Of a stretch of 64,000 nt of DNA, positions 53,661-64,000 are shown piece by piece. This DNA comes from Octopus vulgaris (taxonomy: Eukaryota), in the NCBI GenBank assembly GCA_951406725.2, contig OX597820.1, positions 14,198,001 to 14,262,000 of the forward strand, in the 5' to 3' direction. Every line of letters begins with the position of its first letter. Position 1 is the first letter of the stretch. The position numbers and the translations under genes are program-made. The notes under the pieces are model-generated. The model was given only the letters and a program-made list of their open reading frames with translations. It searched no databases and was not told the DNA's origin.

Positions 53661-54197
53661 CATCGTTATCACCTTCGTTGTAACGTTCATGCTTTTCACG
53701 TTAGCATGTGACAAAAGGAATTTGTTGAAGCACAATTTTGTACAAACTGGATGCCCTTCCTGTCACCAACCCTCACCTGTTAGCAAGCAAGGTAAGATTT
53801 CCTTGTGACTGAGAATGTTTTCATGGAAGATTGGAAACAAAGGACACTGCTTGTATGACAGTGACACTCATTTACAACAGTCACATGCACACAGACACAC
53901 ATATGTGCAAACACACACACACATGCAAACACACACACACACACACACTATTATTTTTAAAACATGTGGGAACATACTGTAACATGTAAATCTTAGTAGA
54001 GGGTCCACTACAAAAGAAATAGGACAGCTAATTATGGGACAGTGTGATGCTTGGCGGCATTTCTTCTGTCTTCAAGTTCTGAGTTCAAATTCTGCCGAGG
54101 TTGACTTTGCCTTTCATTGTTTCAGCGTCAACAAATTAAGTACCAGTGAAACACTGGGATCAATGTAATCGACTAGATTATTATTATCATTATCATC

Positions 54198-56080
54198 TTT
54201 CAATCCTGTTTCCATTTCTTTCCGAGTGTCTTCCTGACACCTAGAGCAGAGAAACTCACTGTAAACATTGCTAGGCCATTGAAATGGACATACCAGATTG
54301 TTCATGTACAAAGTCATGTGATAGGGCAAAAGGAAAAAAATTAAAAATTAAAATAGTAAACAAAAAAAATGAAGGGGAAAAAGAGAGAGAAAATTCACAG
54401 CAACAATGCTCTTCTCAATATGTGTGACGTACCAGTTAAGGCAATCTTTTGCACTTCCTGCATGGGTGGTAAGCCAGAAATCATTCTTAAATAATTCTCA
54501 GTTCCTTTTTTGATCATTCCAAGTGCTCCTACAATCACTGGTATTGTAACAGTCTTGAGATGCCACATCTTTTTGATTTCAAATAGCAAATCTTTATACT
54601 TTCTGAGCTTACCAAATTCTTTTGCTGAGAAATTATGGTCATAGAGTATGCTCATATCAATCAACAAACAGACTTCACTGTTTTGGTCTTTCACAACAAT
54701 ATCTGGTTTGTTTGCTTTGATGGTCTGGTCTGTACATACTGCGAAGTCCCAAAGAATAGTTACATTTTCTCCTTCAGTTACAGCCTCAGGGTAGTGCTTG
54801 TACCATTTGTCAGCAGTTTTGATTTTATAATGTCGATACATTATCCAGTGTAGATATTGGCCAACTCTGTCATGTCTTGATTTATTATACTCTACAAGTG
54901 CTAATACCTTACACCCAGAGATTAGGTGGTCCACTGTTTCTATCCCATTGTTGCTGTATCAGGACTCTGAGTCTACACCATTTTTCGTCACATTGGCTTG
55001 ATAGGTCAATAAGCTCTGATCTTGAGCAGCTACTCTCTGCCTTTAACCCTGAGCTCCATAGCCACTGATGGGTGTACTTCTGGTCTACATCAGATTGTTT
55101 GCTACAGCCCACATATTTGTTATGCGGAGGTTTTTGTTCCCATCTGTCAGACAATTGTTCAAATACATTTTGCTTTGCTATTGATTTAACCTTCTTTGCA
55201 ACCACAGTTGCTGCACTTCCATCATGCTGTTCAACCTGGGTATCATGCATAAGCTCTCCTTCATAACAGAATGTAGCTTCTTACATCTTTCATGGTTTTC
55301 AATGAACCTCAACATTCATTCATTAAATGTTTCAAGATATTTTGCCAATCCAATTGTGGTGGTTTTGTAGGAGATTTCAAATTGGATCAAGCTTCGAACT
55401 CCTTGAGCTCTGGGTAGGTAAAAACGACCTGTGTCTGCCTTTGGATGGTGCATCTTATTAAAAATCAGAAGCTTATGGATTTTCTTGTCAATCTTTCATA
55501 TTTCGCTCATATTCCAGTTCAACACATTGAAACTGTAAATAACAGCCAGAACTGCTAAGGAATTTATAGATAACATCTTGTTACTTGCATTTAACTCAGA
55601 TTTTAGGACTGCCTGAACTCTCCTGTAACACACCTTCCCGATCTTCTCTTTCATACTTGCATGCTGAGTGCCAGAGCCCTCATTTATTCTAAGGTCTTTG
55701 TAAGTTTGTTACTGCTCGAGTTCTTTTATGACTGTGTCAACATCCAGCTCCACTGAATGTGAGGTGTTCAGTTTCCCTTTCTAGAAAGTGGCCTTGGCAT
55801 TTTTATCAAGACCAAATTTCATCACAATGTCATCACTGAATGCTTTCACAGTACATAGTAGTCCCTCAAGCTCATTATGATCTTTGTCATAGAGCTTTAA
55901 GTCATCCATATAAAAGAGATGCCTCATTTTTTGTCACCAATTTTATATCCATACCCTGTTCTGTTAAGTTAACTTGTAAGGGGTATTAGGACTATGCAGA
56001 GAATTAAAGGTGAAAGTGAGTCACCTTGGAAAATGCTGCAGTTGATATTTATATTTTTTGTGGTCAGTACTCCATTAGAG
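54198..56080 (-). mobile_element. Decayed 5'-truncated R4/Dong-clade retrotransposon: reverse transcriptase, CCHC and RLE endonuclease
   Basis: IFQGDSLSPL (about 56030), LFYMDDLKLY (about 55910), and ORF 54395-54934 HLISGC..RHDRVG..ILWD..ANKPDIVV..LLIDMS..KY.DL..PVIVGALG..QKIALTGTSHILR. Frameshifted, with (TAA)-like repeats at both ends. Confidence 0.93.
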
Positions 56081-56996
56081 TGGTATTATTATTATTGTTG
56101 TTGTTGTTGGTGTATATATACACATATATATAATAATATAATATATGCATATATATGTATATGTACATGTGCCAAACAGCAGGACTGAACCCGGAACCAT
56201 GTGGTTAGGAAGCAAGCTCCTTACCACACAGCCACCAAATTTGGTCTTCCACAAAATATTCTTGTAAAATAAGGTATATTTTTTTGCAAGAGTGTGTCTT
56301 AAACCCTGGCAAATATGGTAATTGGGGGACGAGACAGGAAAATAGTCAATTATCACTCCTATTAAGGACAGATTAATCTCTCACCTGTTTATTGTTGCTG
56401 AAAGCAGGTGAGGCATTAAACATGAACACCTGTGAGATTATTGTTGTTGTTGCTTAACTCTGAGTCAGTTCCGAATGTGCAGACCCATGACCAAAAGCAT
56501 CTCAACCATGACCTCATCTAATTTTCAAGGTGTGACTGGGTGGTAAGTTGTTTGCTTTCTAATGACATGATTTCGGGTTCAGTTCCACAGCATGTCACCT
56601 TGGGCAAGTTTCTTGTAGCTGTAGCTGTAGGCTGACTACAACCTTGCAAATGGATATAGTTTGATACAGAAAGATGCTTATCATGCACACACACACACAC
56701 ACTTGCACACACATGCACGCATGCACACACACACATGCACGTACACACACATACGCACACACACTAATTGTGAGTTAATAAGGCTACCAATGGTTTCATG
56801 TAGGAGAAATTTCTCAACAATTATCTAACCTGCCACATAGGCTTGATATGTGTGTGCATATCATCATCATCATCATCATCGTTTAACGTCCGCTTTCCAT
56901 GCTAGCATGGGTTGGACGGTTCAACTGGGGTCTGGGAAGCCCGAAGACTGCACCAGGCCAGTGGCAGTGTTTCTACAGCTGGATGCCCTTCCTAAC

Positions 56997-57036
<40 letters not shown>

Positions 57037-57124
57037 TATATTTGTGTGTATGTGTGTGTGTGTATGCATGCGTGTGTTATGCTCTCCTTGCCTTGGCATC
57101 ACATGACAGTTGTAAACTGTAAAA

Positions 57125-57390
57125 TTGGATAATATATCGGCATTATAAAATCAAAACTGCTGACAAATGGTACAAGCACCACCCTGAGGCTGTAACTGAA
57201 GGAGAAAATATAACTATTCTTTGGGACTTCACAGTAAGTACAGATCAGACCATCAAAGCAAATAAAGCAGACATTGTTGTGAAAGACCAAAACAATAAAG
57301 TCTGTTTATTAATTGACATGAGCATTCTCTGTGACCATAATATTTTGGCAAAAGAATTTGGTAAGCTCAGAAAATATAAAGATTTGCTAA
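57125..57390 (+). mobile_element. Internal fragment of the same R4/Dong element, inverted
   Basis: Near-identical reverse complement of about 54587-54848 (KTADKWYKH.PEAVTEGEN.TILWDF...KEFGKLRKYKDLL). Confidence 0.9.
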
Positions 57391-58439
57391 TCTGGCCATA
57401 GAAAAAAAAACCTGCCCCAGCAAATTTCGGCCAACCCATACAAACATAGGAAACTAGACATTAAAACTATGATGATAATGGCAATGATAAGACAAGGTTT
57501 GAGTGAGATCTGCTTGTTGTTTCTAGCAGATCAGACAACCACTTAGAGGATCATTTAGGAAGACAGAGGTCACTCTTTATGATGCACTCTTGCTCGGCTT
57601 TCTTAATTTGCATTTAACCAGTTCCTAATCAATCTGTTGAATGGAGTCTACAGAATTGATATATCGACATTTTAGGTTGGATTACAGAAGAGAAGAGACG
57701 AGAATTTATTAATTGTTGTGTGTGGTTGCATGAGACATACATTGAAATTTGTCTTGATAAAGCTCAAGAAATTAAATACTGTAGAGAAAATAGATAGCAC
57801 ACATAACGTTGATAAGCAATGAAACATAACAGAATCTAGTGTTAAGAATTACAGAATTTCATATAGATTATCTCGGTGGTTATCTGGTCAATCATTCATT
57901 TAGGATTAGCTGGCCATCATAGTTCTGTGTTTTATTTTGTTCTGTTTTCGTTTTTTCTTTGTTTCTTTTCTTTTTAGTTACATTGTAGGCGTTGTCATGG
58001 CTGCATGGTTTAGAATCTTGCTTTCCAACAGTGAGGTCTTGGGTTCAGTCCCACTGTGTGTGACATCATGGGCAAGTATCTTCTATCTTCTACAATAAGC
58101 CCCAGGTCAAGGAATGGCCTTGTCAGTGAAGTTAGTTGACCGAAAATCTGAGAGGGAAATATATATTTGAGGGAGCATCTCAAATATATACTTTTTTTTT
58201 TATTCTTATATTTTTTAACTTGTTTCAGTCATTTGACTGCGGCCATGCTGGAGCATTGCCTTTAGTTGAACAAATTGACCCAAGGACTGATTCTTTTGTA
58301 AGCCTAGTTCTTATTGTATCAGTCTCTTTTGCCAAACCACTAAGTTACGGGGACATTAAGCATTTAAGACTCCAGGAGCTCTAACAAAATCTGTAATGAG
58401 GAGATTATAATAATAATAATGATAATAATAATAATAATT

Positions 58440-58612
58440 GATACAAGTGCGAAGGTAGAACACCAACAAAAATCAGCATCACTTGAAACTGCAAGACTTC
58501 TCTGCATGATTCTTGAAGCATGACTCATGAACAAGTGTCACCTTAGTCTGTTGGCTGTGGACAGCTGATGCTTTTCATCATACCCAGCAAAATAAATGGT
58601 GAGTTTTCATAT
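58440..58612 (+). mobile_element. Short 3' end of a second R4/Dong-type element inside (TAA)n
   Basis: VEHQQKSASLETARLLCMILEA* matches the QK.ALLGTARILR.VL terminus. (TAA)n lies on both sides. Confidence 0.7.
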
Positions 58613-58640
58613 AACAATAATACTAATGATGATGATCATG

Positions 58641-58692
<52 letters not shown>

Positions 58693-59081
58693 TAACTTTT
58701 TTCTTTTATTGGTCACAAGGGCTCACATACAATACATTAAAAGACATGCAACAACATAAAAGACAAAAACAGGATGATACAATGGGTCTTCGCATGTACA
58801 AATATAAAAAAACAGTTAAAAATTAAACAAATTAAACTCCCAATAGGGGAGGCACTTTAAGTTCCTCGTGGAAAAAGCCACAGGTTCCTGAACAACAGCA
58901 CCATCACCACCATCACCATCACTTGTAACAAACAGCAGCATCTATAAAATTTTACTTATCTGGCATTGGTCAACCCCTAGCCTGTTTAAAGGGACTTGCC
59001 CAAGGGACTATGCAGTGAGATTGAACCCAAAGCCATATGTTTGCAAAGCCAAACTTCTTAACCTCACAGCCACGCTCACAC

Positions 59082-59124
<43 letters not shown>

Positions 59125-59614
59125 GCACACAAAGAAATACATCTATAAATGTTTTCAAGTTTATGAAAAGAAAACAGAAAAGAAAAACTCAAAAAAAAAA
59201 TCAATCAATAACAAGATAAGAAATAAATAGAATGTTAAAATGTGTAAATAAAGTGAGAAATTATAATAATATTCCTGTTTGATTTCCAGATTATAAGTTT
59301 TTATGGCAAAAATAAAAATAAAACTTAAAGTCTTGACAGATATGCTTAATGGGGTCAGTTTTAAAAGTGTCTGTCTTGTCTAAGTTATCTGAACAAAAGA
59401 AGTTACCAAGAAGCACAGAGAATGAGGTCTGTGCATAGAGTACAAATATATATATGTTATTGGGTACCTGTACCATCCCTTTTGTTTGTTGTTTGGGTAG
59501 CATTGTATACAGGTGTCTTTGTTGTAGCTGTTGTCGTTGTTGGTGGTGTTGTTGTTGCCATGACCAATACTGTCTCTGGTAAGCACAACCACTGCCTTTT
59601 CTGCCAGCAGGAAC

Positions 59615-61761
59615 AGAACCACAACAACCATCACCACCACCACAACCACTTCAACCATCACCACCACTATCACAACCACCACCACCACTATCACAACCAC
59701 CACTACCTCAACCATCACTGCCACTACTGCAACCACCACTGCCACCACAACTACCACTATTACAACCATCACCACCACTGTTACAACCACCGCCACCACC
59801 ATAACCACCACCACTTCAACCATAACTACAACAATCACAACCACCACTGCTTCAATCATCACAACCACCAGCACCACCACCACTACCTCAATCATCACTG
59901 CCACTACCATAACCACCACTACCACTACAACCACTGCCATTACCACAACCACCACCACCTCCACAGCTACCACAATCAACACTACTACCACTATAACCAG
60001 TACTATCACCACTGCTACCAGAACCACCACAGTCACCTTCACCACCAACACCATTACCATCATCATTGCCGTCATCTTCTCCACCACCACTATCATTGTC
60101 AGTGTGGTTGTTATTGTTGTCAGTACTACAGCATCAACAGCAACAACAACAATGATATCTATGGTGCCCCTTTATAATGGTAGTTAATACAAGGGAAACA
60201 ATTATCCTCTCATGAAATAAGGCTGGATTACAAATTTGAATCTGAAATTAAGAAATATGAGGAAAAAGATACATCAGTTATATGTTTAATTTGTTTTTTA
60301 TTTTCTTTTATCTATCATGAAGTTCTTATAGTTTCTAATTGTTGGTAATCGTATATAGCATATTTCATTCTTTTTAGAAATCTTCAGCATGATTTTACCT
60401 GGAACTCATAATAGTCCTTTCGCCTACAGGTGCGAGACACCATTCAGTAATTGGTGTGCATTCAAAGCAATGATTAGTAATTTTACGAAACCGGTATGCT
60501 TTTAAATTTTTTTTAACAATTCACAATAATGACTTTTATTACTTTTATTCCTACCTCAGTTCATCTAATTGTATATATCCATCGTTACTTTTCATAGAAA
60601 GCCTTTACTTTTTTTTGATTTCCAATGTGCATTTTCGCTTATTTTTCTTCTTACTTTCCCCTTACATTTCCACGTGTAGTTTCTATTTTCTTTTTGTAAC
60701 ATAAGTACTGAAAATTGTTCATTGTTTGAAAAATATTGTTCAAGCTTAATAAAATTTAATTTGTACTCAATGCAAGAAATGAAGTGTCATTGCTGGGCCC
60801 AGGGCTTAATGAAGAGACCTCCACGGGAGCTAGTTTAAAAGCCACCCAATAGGGCAGCTTTTAAACTAGTCCATATATGTGTGTGTTTTTGTGTCTGTTT
60901 GCATCCCACTGCCTCATGAAAACTAGTGTTGGTGTGTTTACATCCCCATAGCTTGGTCGTCCAGCAAAAGAGAACGTCAGAATGAATATCAGGCTTTAAA
61001 AGAAATATAATTAATTATCGGGGTCAGTTCATTCAAATACAATTTTCCAAAGCAGTGCCCCAGCATGGCCAGTGTCTAATGACTGAAACAAGTAAAAGAT
61101 AAAAGATATATATGTATATGTATATATATACACTGATATATTCAGGTATGCAGTATACATACTCATATGTATAGTTATTCACATCTGAGCTGAGCTTTTG
61201 TTCTCATCATGGCTGCTTGTTCATTCATTTTGGGGAGACAACAATGACTTCTAAATCCACAGAAAATGAGGGCAGAAAATGTGTAACAAATCTTACAAGG
61301 GAGAACAAGGGACGGAAAGAGAAACTGCTGAGGGGTAAAGTTATGTGTGTGTGTGTACGCATGTATATATTATATATATATGTATATATGTATATAAATA
61401 TGTATGTGTATATATATATGTATATGTATGTATGTGTATATATATATGTATGTATGTGTATATATATATATATGTATGTGTATATATATATGTATGTATA
61501 TGTATGTATGTATATATATATATGTATGTATATGTATGTATGTGTATATATATGTATATAGTATATATATGTATGTATTTGTATATATATGTATATGTAT
61601 GTATGTATATATGTATGTGTGTGTTTGTGTTCATGTATATATTATATACATACATGTATGTATATTATATATAAGTATATATGATATTTACGTATGTGTG
61701 TGTGTGCATATTATATAAACTTATATATGAATGTATGTATATATATGTATATATATTATAT

Positions 61762-61827
<66 letters not shown>

Positions 61828-62630
61828 CGTAGATGGTGGGGTTAGGGCAAGGTGGATAAGCAGAGCATGGCAGCAAAGGAGCTGAAGTAGAAAGAAATTG
61901 TTGAGCTCTGGTTTGAATTAATTAATTTCCGTCACACTCCACTGCTTGCCCCAGAAATGTGGCTCTTTTGTGGAGCAACAATGTCTTGTAAGGCTATACA
62001 AATTATCTACAAATTGACACACCTTCTGTCCCTCTAGTACACACCCATCAACGAACACACACACACACAGTGAACACTTGTACATATACATGAAAACAAT
62101 TACACATTTAGCTGACACACTCACTAAAACGCCCTCACCTATATACACACTCCCACACAGTATATCAGTGATCTTTGTCAAGTATTCAATAATGGGTTAT
62201 GATGAATTGGGCTGGCAGTTATGGTGGTGGGGGATGATGGCTGTGGTGGTGGTAGTGTTGGTGCTGTTGGTGGCAGTGGTGGTTGTGATGGTGGTGGTGG
62301 TGGCTGTGGTGGTGGTAGAGCGGTGGTGGTGGTGGTGGTGGTGGTAGTGGTGGTGGAGTAGTGACTCTGGTAGGAGTGTAGGTAGTTGTGGTGGTGGTGG
62401 TGGTGGGGGTAGTGACTCTGGTGGCAGTGTAGGTGGTAGGAGCGGTTGTGTAATATTAGGGTTATGGTGGAAGTGGTGGTGGTGGTAGTGATGGTGTTGG
62501 GGGATGGTAGCATAGATGATGGTGGTAGTGACAGTGGTGGTTGTGATAGTGTTGAAAACAGCAGTAGCAGTGGCAACAGTAGTGGTGGTGGTGGTGACGG
62601 CGGTGATGGTGGTGATAGTAATGGCAATGA
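59615..62630. repeat. (ACC/CAA)n at 59615-60150, (TA/TG)n at 61340-61825 and (GGT)n at 62215-62630
   Basis: Directly visible simple-repeat tracts separated by AT-rich DNA. Confidence 0.9.
60464..60502 (+). ncRNA. Minimal hammerhead motif with an A3:U8 core variant
   Basis: AAAGCA-AUGAUUA-GUAA(UU)UUAC-GAAA-CCGG-UA-UGCUUU: perfect 6-bp helix I, palindromic helix III (ACCGGU), GUA site. Confidence 0.7.
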
Positions 62631-64000
62631 TTAATAGGAAAGTGATGGCCATGATAAAAATAGTCACCTAGATGATGATGATGGTTAATGTTGGGGTAAA
62701 GCATAGCAAATTTTTTGTGGTCATCGGTGAGAGAGGTAATCATGGTGGTTGTGCAGCCCTGGTAATGATAGCAGTGATGGAGGATTTCTTGGCAATAGTG
62801 TGGACCCAGTGATGAAGACCATGGTCTTGTTTTAATAAAGAGTATGTTATTCCCCTGTGGTCCACAACTGGAGACACATTACAAAGATGAATTATACATA
62901 AGTGGGGATTTTTCATCGAGCATGTAAAGAAATCCCAGTACTCAACTGGTACTTTGGTTTTTTTTTTTACCCCAAAAGGATGAAAGACAAAGTTGACCTC
63001 AGGGGTATTTGAACTCAATATAAAGCTGGAAGGCTTTGTTTCCAACACTCTAATGATGTTGTTAACCTGCTGTATTTTTCTAGCATGCCACTTCTAATAA
63101 GAATTGGTAATAATTATAATGATGATAATTAACAATAACCTCATTACTCTAATCATCATCAGCATTATCATCATCATCATCACCGTTTCAAATGTCCAGT
63201 TTTTCAACCTCATATGGGTTGGACAGAATTTGTCAAAGATTTTCCGACTGCTGGATGCCTTTCCTGTTGCCAGTGCTCACCTGTTTCCAAATGGGGTAAT
63301 ATTCCCCTTGGCCGGACATGTTCTTGCAGAATTCTGGAAATGAATGACACTGCATGTATGACAGTAACAATCATTTGTAAATGTCACACGATATGGCAAG
63401 GGGACAGTAAGAAACTGACAACATACACATATACATACACACAGACACTGACACATACACACACACAAATACATGCATGCACACTCATACACACACACAT
63501 ATATATATTTTGGCCTGAGGCTATAATAAAAGATGTTTGCGCAAGGTGCCACATGGTGGGACTGAACCCAGAACCATATGCTTGGGAAATAAGCTTCTTA
63601 CCACACAACCATACCTGCACCTATACATAGATATATATATCAGGGACGTGCCGCCTGGGTAAGCTAGGTAAGCAATGCCGACCCTGAATAAGATAGATCG
63701 ATGGTAACATTTTCCTTTTATGGCAAAATATGCACCTAATTCAATAAAATTATGAAGGCTACTCAGATTACTCTGCATAGGCATAATTCACCCCTGCTTT
63801 TCAATCTCAGTGGTTAAGCTATGCATAGAACTGCTGTAGTACACGTGCTGCGTACACTCCTACAACAACATTTTCTTTACGCACTACAAAAGCAGAAGTA
63901 AATCTGCCTCCAACTCAGTCGTGCGCCTGTGTTTCGCTTATGTTTTTGTGTGTTTTTCTACATAAATGTCACCAACTGTCTACCCTGAGCAATTACTGAT

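Noticed and set aside
52001-53808. His/Met/Asp/Ile-rich ORFs
   Set aside because: (CAT)n and (GGT)n microsatellite artefacts.
63641-64000. Possible hAT MITE starting cagggacgtgcc
   Set aside because: The other terminus and the TSD are not inside the window.

Overview
AT-rich, repeat-saturated eukaryotic DNA with no intact protein-coding gene. The repeat content looks like an octopus/coleoid cephalopod intron or intergenic region (inference from the SINE/LINE types and microsatellite load). Nearly all ORFs in the track are artefacts of (CA)n, (TA)n, (CATA)n, (TCTA)n, (AAT)n, (GAT)n and (GGT)n repeats. Recognisable parts are decayed non-LTR retrotransposons (R4/Dong-type RT+RLE, CRE-like, RTE and CR1 3' ends), three abundant tRNA-derived SINE families, hAT MITEs with 8-bp TSDs, a mariner relic, two non-autonomous Helitrons, one tRNA-Leu(TAG) copy with a damaged acceptor stem, and one candidate small minus-strand exon. 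The main signal is about 15 type I (mostly minimal) hammerhead ribozyme motifs, read by eye, in at least 6 different small repeat families. They include a foldback/MITE-like family whose hammerhead has replaced but still-paired stems, a tRNA-headed SINE ending in a hammerhead, a Penelope-like partial tandem with two hammerheads 548 nt apart, a family fixed for an A6U core variant, and a copy with a compensatory A3:U8 core pair. All structures and translations were derived manually. Ribozyme activity and family names are untested.
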